Of a stretch of DNA of 64,000 nucleotides, positions 1-10,500 are shown in pieces. The first letter of the stretch is position 1; every line of letters begins with the position of its first letter. The stretch lies in the NCBI GenBank assembly GCA_963666285.1, contig OY762711.1; one strand, 5' to 3'. This DNA comes from Sedimentisphaerales bacterium (GTDB taxonomy: Bacteria; Planctomycetota; Phycisphaerae; Sedimentisphaerales; SM23-30). The notes under the pieces were generated by a model. That model made no database searches and was not told the DNA's origin. It worked only from the letters and a program-made list of their open reading frames with translations. Both the position numbers and the translations under genes were made by a program.

Positions 1-264
1 CTGAGATTTAGCGACCAGACCATAGATTTACTGGTAGAACAAGCAACTGCCAAAGAAGAAAGAGATAATGCCTTTATTGATGCCCTGAAAGAATGTGTTT
101 CCAGGCTGCCGGAAAAAGACAGATCACTCTTGGAGCTTAGATACGAAATTGGCTCTGGGGTAAAGGATATTGCTGTCAGATTCAACCGCGGCATCAATGC
201 AATATACAAAAGTCTGGGCAGAGTCCACAACATGCTGCTAATCTGCGTTAGAAGCAAAGTCTAA
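1..264 (+). CDS. ECF RNA polymerase sigma-70 factor, 3' part (truncated by window edge)
   Basis: Frame 1 is open to TAA at 262-264. It reads ...DALKECVSRLPEKDRSLLELRYEIGSGVKDIAVRFNRGINAIYKSLGRVHNMLLICV, a sigma region-4 HTH of the Planctomycete/Verrucomicrobia ECF type. A FecR-like gene follows 15 bp later. Confidence 0.85.
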   Translation: MRFSDQTIDLLVEQATAKEERDNAFIDALKECVSRLPEKDRSLLELRYEIGSGVKDIAVRFNRGINAIYKSLGRVHNMLLICVRSKV

Positions 265-279
265 TACTACAACAACATA

Positions 280-1989
280 ATGAATAATAAATCTGAAAAC
301 AATAAAGAATTACTAAAGCTTCTTAATGAATTAAGAGAGCAGGTAATTACAGAAGAAGGCTTCAAGCGATTGGAAGAAATTATCGCTGCCGATGCTTCTT
401 CGCGTGAAATATATCTTGACTATTATAAGATATGTGGTTTTTTGCATACTTTTCAATTAGCTAAGCATGGTTCTTTGGTCCAAATGTCAGATGATGACCT
501 ATCTGCCGAAAGCCCGGACATGTCGAAAGATATTCTGCTTAAGCTGTTATCCTGTGCAGAAGAAACTGCTCCCGAAGTAGAAATTGAAGATAATATTGAG
601 CCTGAAAGTGATATTATTGAAACCATTCCTGAGCGTTCCGGTAAACCGAATAAGTTTTTTCGCATTTATAACTCGATCGTTTCAGTAGCTGCCGTTCTCA
701 TGATTTTATTTATTATTTATGCCAACATATTCCCTCCTCAACTTACCAAAGAAGTAGCCACGGTTAAAGATCAGTTACAGGTAGAATGGAATACTTCATC
801 TGCCAGGCTAACAAACGATGAAAGAATTTTAACGAATCAGGCTCCTTATGAACTGAAAAAAGGAATTATACAGATTGCCTACGACCAGAACGTTGATGTT
901 GTCATCGAAGGGCCTGCTAAATTCCAGTTTGAAAGGGCCGGAATATTCCTGGAATACGGCAGCCTCTACAGTATGGTCTCTGAATCGGGAATCGGTTTCA
1001 GAGTTGACACACCAACATGCCAGTTTATCGACCTTGGCACCGAGTTTGGCATAAAAGCTGACAACGATGGTTCCTCCGAAATGCATGTTGTTAAAGGTAA
1101 GGTACAGATGCACGCTGAAGGTAATTCCGGATTCAAAACGGTAAGGGAGTTTAATGCCAGCCGATATAATGTTAAATGTGGAGTGGTTAATGATATCCCA
1201 TTTAATCCGGAAAATTTCGTCCGATACATCAAGTCGAAAAACGACATCATCTTACGCGGCAAAATGTGTGTCGATCTAGCTGATTTCGTTGGCGGCGGAA
1301 ATGGGTTTGGGGCCGGTCTGTCAGGTGGTGGAATTGACCTGGAAACCGGAAAATTCAACGCTAGATATGTCCGCTATGGCCGAATGCACATTGCCGAAAA
1401 AGCTATCTGGTCACCTGTCCCTTCCAATTCTTTCGTTGACAGTGTATTTGTTGTCGACGGCAGCAAGGGGCCGCAAACTGTTAGCACCCATGGACATCAA
1501 TTTGAGTTCCCAAAGACAGATAGACGATTCCATCATGATATTTTTTATTCTGCTTCTGCCCAGACAATGTTACCGGCTGACGAAATGGCAGATGATGAAA
1601 ATCAAACAGAAAAAATGACACTTGACGGCATAAGTTATGGTGTCGAAAATCACCCTGCTTTGTTTATTCATGCTCCGTCAGGCATCACCTTTGATCTGAC
1701 TGCTATACGAGAAAGCCTGCCGGGGCTAGAGATTTGTCGTTTTCAATCCGTTGTCGGAATACCAGATTCTGAACGTGAAGACGCTACTATAGATATTATT
1801 GTTCTTGTCGATGGCATTTCTGTTTTCCAACAGAAACATTACACTGTTGATGATTCTTCAATTGAGCTGGACATACCTATTACACCTGAAAGCAGGTTCC
1901 TTACTTTAGCTGTCACCGACGGCGGTGATGGTGCCTGGTGGGACTTATGCGCCTTTGGGGAACCCAATCTGAAATTATCGAATAAATAA
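280..1989 (+). CDS. FecR-domain anti-sigma factor with C-terminal NPCBM/NEW2-like carbohydrate-binding module
   Basis: N-terminal helical anti-sigma segment, one TM helix (IVSVAAVLMILFIIYANIF), FecR motifs (VVIEGPA, FRVDTP, DLGTEFG, HVVKGKV) and an NPCBM-like tail (ITFDL..FQSVVGI..VLVDG..LTLAVTDGGDG..WD..FGEP). Confidence 0.85.
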   Translation: MNNKSENNKELLKLLNELREQVITEEGFKRLEEIIAADASSREIYLDYYKICGFLHTFQLAKHGSLVQMSDDDLSAESPDMSKDILLKLLSCAEETAPEVEIEDNIEPESDIIETIPERSGKPNKFFRIYNSIVSVAAVLMILFIIYANIFPPQLTKEVATVKDQLQVEWNTSSARLTNDERILTNQAPYELKKGIIQIAYDQNVDVVIEGPAKFQFERAGIFLEYGSLYSMVSESGIGFRVDTPTCQFIDLGTEFGIKADNDGSSEMHVVKGKVQMHAEGNSGFKTVREFNASRYNVKCGVVNDIPFNPENFVRYIKSKNDIILRGKMCVDLADFVGGGNGFGAGLSGGGIDLETGKFNARYVRYGRMHIAEKAIWSPVPSNSFVDSVFVVDGSKGPQTVSTHGHQFEFPKTDRRFHHDIFYSASAQTMLPADEMADDENQTEKMTLDGISYGVENHPALFIHAPSGITFDLTAIRESLPGLEICRFQSVVGIPDSEREDATIDIIVLVDGISVFQQKHYTVDDSSIELDIPITPESRFLTLAVTDGGDGAWWDLCAFGEPNLKLSNK

Positions 1990-2118
1990 AAGTATCCGCT
2001 CTATTTGTTACGAGCTGAAACATCATTATAGCTATAGGAGGGTATTGTTATCATTAAAAACACCTTATCGTATTTTAAATGCAAATGTTACTGTTATTTC
2101 TATTTGAGAGGTCAAAAA

Positions 2119-4383
2119 ATGAAAAGAATTTTATTAGTATTAGTACTATTGTGGATTGCTGCTGCTGCCGATGCAAAAACTGTTGCATGGTGGAATTTTG
2201 AAGACGGAACTGACGAATCTGCCTTTTATCAAATGCCGAATGGCGGGTCCGTGGGTTTAATAAATGATATTACAATGTTTTGCGAAGGCGAAAGCGGCCC
2301 GGAGTTCTCCTCGGAAACTTTCTCCGGCACTGGCATAAGCGCTCATGTCTCAACTTCTGAAGAACAGGCCGGGTACACTACCGACGCAACCTTAAACACA
2401 TGGTCACCGCTCGAATGGACCATTGAAATTTCATTCCGCATGACCAGCAGCTATAGTTCCAGCTATAAAACACTTATTGGCCGCGATGGTACTGCTTATG
2501 AAGATTCTGATGCCGCTACTTTCTATTTCCAGAGAAGAGGCAGCAGTTCCGGCAACTACGCTTTACGGTTGAGTTATGCCATCGCAGAAGGAGAGCATGT
2601 TGAATGTCTTTCCTCTTTTATACCTTTACAGGAACAGTGGTATCATGCCGCTATTGTTTGCGATGGGCTGCAGGTCAGAATGTATGTCGATAGCCTCGAC
2701 GGAACCGGTTATCAATTAATTCAGTCAACCGATCTTGACACATCGAAAGACAATCGCCTGCTTGTACCTAATGACGGTGATGGCGGTAGCTGGACTTTTG
2801 GGCGTGGCTGGTATGGTGATGAAGCTACGGATTTTTGCTCGGCTTACTTAGACGATATCCGCTTTTCTGACGAAGCTCTTAATCCAACACAATTTATTCA
2901 TTCTTATGGTTCCGCCTGGAAACCAACACCAACAGACGGTACCAAAAACTATGGCTCGATTGCTGCTGATGAAACTGTCGCTGCCAATTTATCATGGAAT
3001 ACCGGATTGGACTCTGTTGAACCAAGTCAAACTAATTCTGAAATTATAACACATTACGTATACATAAGTGAAGATCAGAATATCTCGAACGATCCAAACG
3101 TCTACTATTTCGATGAAGTACCCGCTACCGGCGAAACTGCAGTAATTACTCTGACTGGCCTGAATTATGACGGGCTCTATCTATGGCGTATCGATGAAGG
3201 AATAAATGATGGCAGTGGAAACGCTTATCCGATTGGCAATACCAACAATCTGGTTGGAAAAGTATGGCAATTTGGCTCGCTGCTTTCTGTTCCCGTGATT
3301 ACGCTTCAGCCTGAATACCAAATGGTTGAAGCCGGGCAGACAGCTGTTTTCAATGTCGAAGCACAAAGCATATCAACTGTTCAGTATCAATGGTACAAAT
3401 CTGACAACAATATCATTGATGATGCGGACCAGCCTATCGGCCAACCTGCACTGTCGGGCGAACTGACATTGACAAACGTATCTGTTTCGGACGAAAGCTA
3501 TTACTACTGTATGGCCTTTAACGACGGCGGCATCGAATGTTCCAGCTATTCCGACGTAGCCCGACTGGTTATTCCTCGACAACTGGCACTTCTATCAATG
3601 GACCAGCTCAACGGCACCACATCGCCGGATACTCTCGGAAATTATGATTTGACCATCATGAATGACTCTTGGGAAAATTATCTGCCGACTTTAACTGATG
3701 GCTTCAACGAACAAAACGGCAGCAGTATGCTCTTTGACAACTGGGAAGATCCAAATTATTATGGCCAGTATGCTCAATTCGAGCCTGGAATCGTAAGTTA
3801 TGAAAGCATTACAATTGCTATGTGGGTATACTGGAAAGGTGGCGAAACCTACCAGCACATCTTCGACTTTGCCGGCAGTTCAACCGAGTATATGTATATC
3901 ACCCCGGAATCCGATGATGACGAACTGCATTTCTCTATCAAAAACAATGACAGCTCGCAGTATCTTGACGCACCTGCAATAACTCCTGACCAGTGGACTC
4001 ATATTGCCTTAACAATTGACGGCATAAATACAACTGGTTGCCTATATGTCAATGGTGAACTCAAGGATACCAATACAAGTATGACATACCGGCCTGTTGA
4101 TTTTATGCCGACTTCAAACAATCTTGCAATGTGCAGCTGGGCAGGAGACCCGATGTTCTACGGCATGATAGATAATGTACAGATATTCAATTATGCTGTT
4201 GACGAAATGGATATTGCCAGACTGTTCATCACCGATGCTCCTGATAAATCTGTCTGTGTCCAGTCAATTAAACCTGATGGCACATTCGACTTCAATGACG
4301 ACTGTATCATTAACATCGAAGATTTTGCCATCTTCGCCGCCCAATGGCTCGATTGTTCGCTGCTGCCGGATTGTATCCAGTAG
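2119..4383 (+). CDS. Secreted LamG / Ig-like / LamG protein with C-terminal dockerin-like motif
   Basis: Signal peptide MKRILLVLVLLWIAAAADA; ATG 2119 follows GAGG (ORF track starts at TTG 2104). LamG motifs WYHAAIV..LDDIRFSDEAL and WTHIALT..IDNVQIFN; Ig segment VQYQWYK..DESYYYC; tail DFNDDCIINIEDFAIFAAQWLDC. Confidence 0.8.
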   Translation: MKRILLVLVLLWIAAAADAKTVAWWNFEDGTDESAFYQMPNGGSVGLINDITMFCEGESGPEFSSETFSGTGISAHVSTSEEQAGYTTDATLNTWSPLEWTIEISFRMTSSYSSSYKTLIGRDGTAYEDSDAATFYFQRRGSSSGNYALRLSYAIAEGEHVECLSSFIPLQEQWYHAAIVCDGLQVRMYVDSLDGTGYQLIQSTDLDTSKDNRLLVPNDGDGGSWTFGRGWYGDEATDFCSAYLDDIRFSDEALNPTQFIHSYGSAWKPTPTDGTKNYGSIAADETVAANLSWNTGLDSVEPSQTNSEIITHYVYISEDQNISNDPNVYYFDEVPATGETAVITLTGLNYDGLYLWRIDEGINDGSGNAYPIGNTNNLVGKVWQFGSLLSVPVITLQPEYQMVEAGQTAVFNVEAQSISTVQYQWYKSDNNIIDDADQPIGQPALSGELTLTNVSVSDESYYYCMAFNDGGIECSSYSDVARLVIPRQLALLSMDQLNGTTSPDTLGNYDLTIMNDSWENYLPTLTDGFNEQNGSSMLFDNWEDPNYYGQYAQFEPGIVSYESITIAMWVYWKGGETYQHIFDFAGSSTEYMYITPESDDDELHFSIKNNDSSQYLDAPAITPDQWTHIALTIDGINTTGCLYVNGELKDTNTSMTYRPVDFMPTSNNLAMCSWAGDPMFYGMIDNVQIFNYAVDEMDIARLFITDAPDKSVCVQSIKPDGTFDFNDDCIINIEDFAIFAAQWLDCSLLPDCIQ

Positions 4384-4422
4384 CTGTTATCCACAATTCT
4401 GATTATTATGTAAACCAACATT

Positions 4423-4460
4423 CCGCTGGCAGCTTTACCCCTGCCGGCGGTTTTTTTATT
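4423..4460 (+). terminator. Intrinsic terminator
   Basis: CCGCTGGCAG-8 nt-CTGCCGGCGG hairpin followed by TTTTTTTATT, 40 bp after the stop codon. Confidence 0.8.
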
Positions 4461-5087
4461 TATCAATCCAACTCAACCGTTACCCATGTCCTGAACGAAC
4501 CGGTTTTAATCTCTCTCTTCTCCCTTCTTTCTTCTAACTCTTCTCATCCTTCAGGTGCCGCAATTTTAATTTAAACTTTACTTACGCGTAAGCTTAAAAA
4601 TGTGTTGTGGGCCGTTAGGCGAACACCTCAATTCTTCACTTTTCATTATTCATTTTTCACTTAATTGGCCCTGTCCTGGCCTTTGCGTATAACGTTGAAC
4701 AGCCAAAAGTGTGCCATGCATATGATGCAAAGCATAAACCGCACACTAATTAACCCAACAATGCTTAGCAGAACCTTTGACCAAACCAATACTGGAAGAC
4801 ATAGGGCATAAAACCTGATATTTTTTAACACTATAGTTCTATTTTCACTAACAGAGTTCCAAAAAAAACAATAGCTATATAACCAACATACAAAAAAAAC
4901 AGACAATCAAAGAACAACCCTAAAATATCATTACGCAACACCTACATCTCCTCATATCACCATGATACACATACACTTACACCAACCAATCTTAACAAGC
5001 TTAATAAAACCCTCACAACATCCTTTTCTATATCCCAGATAAATATAATTGAAGTAGCGGTAAAAAAAACATGAAAATAACTTGTAT

Positions 5088-5116
5088 TTTACACGCAAAA
5101 CTGTATCGTATAGACT
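5088..5116 (+). promoter_or_regulatory. Putative sigma-70 promoter of DUF485-actP
   Basis: TTTACA-17 bp-TAGACT upstream of the AGGAG RBS and ATG 5164. Confidence 0.5.
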
Positions 5117-5163
5117 CATTCGTATATTTCATTTTCAATACTGTAAAAAGGAGATTATTATCA

Positions 5164-5439
5164 ATGTTGCATGAACCCGCAGCCCAATCCAAAAGTGACC
5201 CTGCATCTGGCTTTAAAGTATCACTTGGCGCCTGGATGTTTCTGTTCTACGCTATTATCTACATCGGTTTTGTAGCTATAAATGTAAGCAAACCTGTCTT
5301 AATGGAAAAAATCGTATTCCTTGGATTAAACCTTGCAGTTGTCTACGGCTTTGGCCTTATCATCTTCGCCATGATTCTGGCTCTTATATACAACGCCTTG
5401 TGCACCGCAAAGGAAAAAGAACTTGAAGGCAAAGAATAG
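5164..5439 (+). CDS. DUF485 family small membrane protein (ActP partner, YjcH-like)
   Basis: Two TM helices (LFYAIIYIGFVAIN; GLNLAVVYGFGLIIFAMILALIYN), directly upstream of an SSS acetate permease. AGGAG RBS supports ATG 5164 over 5071. Confidence 0.85.
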   Translation: MLHEPAAQSKSDPASGFKVSLGAWMFLFYAIIYIGFVAINVSKPVLMEKIVFLGLNLAVVYGFGLIIFAMILALIYNALCTAKEKELEGKE

Positions 5440-5513
5440 CAGTTCTTCAATCAACACTTCTTTTATTTTTTACTCAAATAAAACCACTTATATTGACAGG
5501 AGTTCCATATAAC

Positions 5514-7454
5514 ATGTATATACTAGCTGAAATATCAACTTTGGCTGTAATAATCTTTGCAGTCTTTGTAGGATTCGTTCTTTTCCTCAGTTTTTACCTT
5601 GGCAGCAAGGCCAAATCTTCCAGCGGATACTTTGCTGCCGGCGGCCAGATACACTGGTGCGTAAACGGTATCAGTTTTGCCGGAGACTACCTCTCTGCCG
5701 CTTCTTTCCTTGGTATCTGCGGCATGATCGCTACCATGGGTTATGATGGTTTTCTTTACTCTATAGGATACCTCGCCGGCTGGATCGTAGCTCTGTTCGT
5801 TGTTGCTGAGCCAATGAAAAAACTAGGAAAATACACTTTTACCGATGCTCTGGATTCCAAGTACAACTCAAAAGGCATCCAGCTTATCGCCGCTATCAGT
5901 ACACTTGTTGTTTCAGTTTTCTACCTTATACCGCAGATGGTTGGTGCCGGAGCCCTGGTTACACCGTTACTTGGTTTCCCACACTGGATTGGCGTATCAA
6001 TGGTAGGAATAATCGTTATTACTATTGTCGCCACCGCCGGCATGGCATCCACAACCTATGTACAGTTCCTTAAAGGGTCTCTGCTTATCGTATTTTCGAT
6101 TATACTGGTTATATGCACCCTTAATCGCGGCTTTACCACAGAACCTAAAGTCGGCGGCATTGAAGACTTCTACAAATACAAATCAATCGAAGCCTCCATT
6201 ACCGATGGTAAAGTCACTCCTGCCGATTCTTCATATTCTGTCACAAAAGAAGCTCACGAAAAAACTAAAGACGGTAAAAAAGGTAAAACATTTTTAAAAA
6301 TGGAAAAAGACGGCATTCAAGGTTGGTGGCTCGCTCTTGAAAAAGACGGGGTTGTCACATTAGAAGAAACTCAATGGGTAACTACTAACTCTGATGCCAC
6401 AAAAATCATCAATGGGGCCCCCGAATCAGAAGAAAACCAGCTCCGCCCTGTCGGCAACTGCGAAAAAATACTTGGAAAATCAGGCGACGAAGTTAAACAG
6501 GGAAGCGTTGGTATCTTTGAATTTCTTTCTATCATGGCAAGCAAAGACACTATCGTAAGAAGATGGGGCACAATGCCAGGTGCCGGCCTGGAAGGAATTG
6601 ATGAAGATACTAAAATTTACTATCCAATCTATTCAGCAGGTAACGAAATTATGCGGCCGGGACAGAAATTCAAGGTACAAGGTACCCCTCTGCAAAAGCT
6701 AAACTTCATTTCGCTTATGTTAGCTTTATTCTGCGGTACCGCCGCATTACCTCATATACTCATACGTTATTACACTGTTCCTTCACCTGCCTGTGCCCGT
6801 AAATCTACTATCGTAGCTATCGGCTCAATCGGCCTGTTCTATATCCTGACCCTGTTCATGGGGCTTGGAGCTATGACAAACTGCGTAATCAATCTGGAAA
6901 GCAGCAACATGTCTGCACCCCTGCTTGCCAAGTCATTTGGCACTTTCCTGTTCGCCGTTATCTCTGCTGTAGCGTTTGCTACTGTACTTGGTACCGTTTC
7001 TGGTCTGATAGTTGCTTCTTCCGGAGCTATCGCTCATGATTTCATGGACAGATTTATGGCCATTAAAATGGAAGACAAGCAAAAAGTATGGGCTGGAAAA
7101 TTAGCGGCCTTTGCTGTTGGTATTGTCGCCATTATTCTCGGCATAGCCTTCAAAGGCATGAACGTCTCATTCCTTGTCGGCTGGGCCTTTGCCGTTGCCG
7201 CTTCTGCTAATCTACCGGCTATCATAATGATGCTCTTCTGGAAAAAAACTACCGCAAAGGGAATTATAGCATCTGTTCTGGTTGGTATGGTTTCTGCTCT
7301 TACTATTATCCTGCTATCACCATCCATGTTCGAAAGATACGGATTACCAAAAGCTGATGCAGTAATACCACTGGACAACCCTGGCATAATCTCAATTCCG
7401 CTTAGCTTTATCGCTCTGGTAATTGTATCTCTTATGACCCAGAAAAAAGATTAG
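5514..7454 (+). CDS. actP: Cation/acetate symporter (solute:sodium symporter family) with a large inserted loop
   Basis: Motifs NGISFAGDYLSAASFLG, YLIPQMVGAG, GMASTTYVQFLKG, GTAALPHILIRYYTVP, AFATVLGTVSGL, AFAVAASANLP. ATG 5514 follows AGGAG. Confidence 0.88.
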   Translation: MYILAEISTLAVIIFAVFVGFVLFLSFYLGSKAKSSSGYFAAGGQIHWCVNGISFAGDYLSAASFLGICGMIATMGYDGFLYSIGYLAGWIVALFVVAEPMKKLGKYTFTDALDSKYNSKGIQLIAAISTLVVSVFYLIPQMVGAGALVTPLLGFPHWIGVSMVGIIVITIVATAGMASTTYVQFLKGSLLIVFSIILVICTLNRGFTTEPKVGGIEDFYKYKSIEASITDGKVTPADSSYSVTKEAHEKTKDGKKGKTFLKMEKDGIQGWWLALEKDGVVTLEETQWVTTNSDATKIINGAPESEENQLRPVGNCEKILGKSGDEVKQGSVGIFEFLSIMASKDTIVRRWGTMPGAGLEGIDEDTKIYYPIYSAGNEIMRPGQKFKVQGTPLQKLNFISLMLALFCGTAALPHILIRYYTVPSPACARKSTIVAIGSIGLFYILTLFMGLGAMTNCVINLESSNMSAPLLAKSFGTFLFAVISAVAFATVLGTVSGLIVASSGAIAHDFMDRFMAIKMEDKQKVWAGKLAAFAVGIVAIILGIAFKGMNVSFLVGWAFAVAASANLPAIIMMLFWKKTTAKGIIASVLVGMVSALTIILLSPSMFERYGLPKADAVIPLDNPGIISIPLSFIALVIVSLMTQKKD

Positions 7455-7476
7455 CCTGCATAATAACTAATTTCAT

Positions 7477-7518
7477 AAAAAAACGACTATGGGCTTTAAG
7501 CCTGTAGTCGTTTTTTTT
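7477..7518. terminator. Bidirectional intrinsic terminator
   Basis: A7-CGACTATGGGC-TTAA region-GCCTGTAGTCG-T8 hairpin between the convergent genes. Confidence 0.85.
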
Positions 7519-7549
7519 GATATACAAATTGTTCAACACTTATATGAAT

Positions 7550-10500
7550 TTATTTTAACATTTCCTCTGACAAACCTTCTCCTTCCAGACTCAAGCTATG
7601 GAAATACTCCGGCACTTCTTTACCCAGCAGTTTGTCAACATACAGCTTAGCCAGATATTGCCCCAGCATGAATCCTTGACCGCGAAGACCAACGAACAGG
7701 CCACGCTGGGTATCTATTATTATTCTCGGCTCTACATAGTTGCCCGCCCACACTGCCTGCAGCCCAACCGAAGACAATTCAGGTATCCAGTCTATAAATA
7801 CCTCAGAAATTATTCGCATAAAATCGTCAGTATTAACTTTTAGATCCTTGTTGACTTCCTGCGGATCATATAATGGCGTTGCACAGCCGATAATCTGACC
7901 GGTCTCCTGAAGCTGCTGGCCGTAAACCGCGGTAAAACCCTTATAGTTCCTACGGTCAATCAGCATACCCAGCGGCTTTTTATCTATTCCCATAAATGGC
8001 ATTCTGCGGGTAATAAATGCCTGATGTTTCACTGCGTAAAGACCTGTACTATAGCCAAGTTTATCAGCAAATTTTTCTGCTTCGCTGCCCAGTGCATTAA
8101 TGAAGTATTTTGCATTAATCTTATGGTAATGGCGATTGTGGTCATACACCAGCGCGGTATAACCGGTATCGGTTTTGTCGATATCTACCAACTTACAGTC
8201 TTCCAGTATCCTGCCCTCTTTTGCCTTGCCGATTGTTCGCAGCAAGTCTATCACTTTGCCCGGTGACGCCTGCCAGCATCCTTTTGTAATCATTGCGGCA
8301 ATGTATTTTTTCAAATTTGGGTTCATGTAAGGACTGATATACCTGGAAAAATCGGACGGCTCAATCATAACCGCATCAGACCACGCTCTGGAGGCATCTA
8401 ATACGTTATAACTTTCCCGATCGTGAACAAATGTCACATAGTCCGTTTCACAGTAATCAACGTTGGATTTTTTATTCAAATCTTCAAATATAGACTTATT
8501 CTGACTGGCAATCTCGCTCAGCTCTGGCCTGGTAAAAACATTGCGACCACCGGCAATATTACGCCATGACGCACCAAAACCATAGTTTACCAGCATAGGC
8601 TTAAGACCGGCCTCAGATAAGTAGCGAAACAAGGCACTGCCGCCTATACCGCCGCCGGCCACGAGATATTCTGTTTCAAAGGTTGGGCTTAGCTTTTGAG
8701 TATGAAGCACCTGAGGAACATCTTTAATATAAAGCTCGCCCATTGTTACCTGGTTCGATAGAGGTGCCCGCGGGGTAGCTTCGCCGATAACCTGGATACC
8801 CTTGGATGCCAGCAGAGGCTTGAGCCGTCCTATACATCGCTTGCCGCGACAGGCACCCATACCCAGCCTGGTAGTATGCTTGATCTCTTCGATAGTAATA
8901 TAATTCCGTTTGCCGACCACATCCAGAATCTCGTCGAGTTTAACATCATCACAATGACAAATATATGTTACAGCTTCAATATCCTGGGTATTAGGTTCAA
9001 AGAAAAGGTTTTCAGGATAACTTTCAACTTCAATATAACCGCGAACTTGAAGCAGATCGCCATTATTGTCGCTATCGGCCTGGATCTTGACAATATTGGT
9101 CTTGTTGGGCTTTTTAATTATTTTCATTATGTGGCCGGCACCAAGCTTCCTGCCATCATTTCCTACCAGGTATACCTCTTTACCTTCTTCCGCTTCTCTT
9201 TCAACCGGTAAAAATAATATACGTTTCTGCAAATCATATCCAAACATCGCTAAACCGGGACACTGGCTGATACACTGCATGCACCCGGTACATTTATCAT
9301 AATCAATCTCTGGCACTGAACTGGTAGAACTCTTGGAAATCGCCCCAAAAGGACATGCAAACGCACATGGATTACATGCAAAGCCGTACAGACAGTCTAT
9401 CAATACAAATGGACGTTCCTGACGTTCTATATCCGGCAAAACCGGTGCTTCCAATATCCTCACCGGATGCTGCTGAGAATCGATATATTCTTTTGAAACT
9501 GCTAAATATTCATTGTGATCATAATCCAGGTTTAGCTCCTGGATTATCTCATATGCTACCCGCTTACCATGCAGGACCGCACTGGTACCTTCACCTATAC
9601 GAACCGCATCACCTACTCCGTAACAATGCCTGCCAAATACTTCACAACCTTTTGTTAAAAGAGTACTGTCTGGCACCAGGCCGGTGCAGATATTAATTGC
9701 CTCAATACCACGAATTATCTTCTCTGTACCCTCTATCGGCTCAAAATTCTTTGACTGGGCAATTACCGCACCTACTATCCCGTCATGATTATCGTTGGGT
9801 ATAGCCTTGATCAGTATGTGCTCTAGTAATATTGGCACACCAAGCCGCTTGATACGGTTGGCCTGTACTGGAAAGCCGCCTTCTTCGTCCTTAGCTTCCA
9901 GGATTGCCTTAACCTTCACCCCTGCCTGCATAAGCTGATATGATGTAAGATAGCCGATATTTCCAGCTCCGACCGTTAGCACATTCTTGCCCAGAAGTGT
10001 TAACTGTGTATTCATCATCTTTTGCACAACAGCAGCCGTGTAAACTCCCGGCAAATCGTCATTCTCAAACGGCGGCATAAACGGCACCGCACCTGTCGCT
10101 ACCACCAGGAACTGGGTATCTATATAAAATATCTCACCAGTCTCAAGATTCTTAACCGCTACTCGATTATTCTCAAGGAGATCCCACACTGTACAATTTA
10201 AAAAGATATTGTCATGATTATCGCCTGCCAAAGAATCAGCAATATCAAAACCTCTCATCCCGCCATACTTTTTTTGCTTCTCAAAGAAAAAGAACTGGTG
10301 AGTCTGCATTAAAAACTGGCCGCCTATCTGGCTGTTGTTATCCAGTACAATATTGTGAACCCCTGCCTGCTGCAATGTCTCTCGAACTGCAAGTCCGGAT
10401 GGCCCGGCGCCAATTATTACAACCTTTGTTCTATAAACATTGATATGCTCCCTAATCTCTGGCAACTGCACTCCCGGCTTATAATCAAGCGGAATATCTC

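Noticed and set aside
4387..4395. Perfect DnaA box TTATCCACA
   Set aside because: Single copy, with no box cluster or dnaA context.
4860..4901. CAAAAAAAACA repeated 31 bp apart
   Set aside because: Low-complexity A-tracts in an AT-rich spacer; at most DNA curvature.
4661..4906. 81-aa minus-strand ORF in the intergenic region
   Set aside because: No RBS or family motif; derives from low-complexity sequence.
5071..5163. N-terminal extension of the DUF485 ORF
   Set aside because: Contains the likely promoter and the RBS for ATG 5164.
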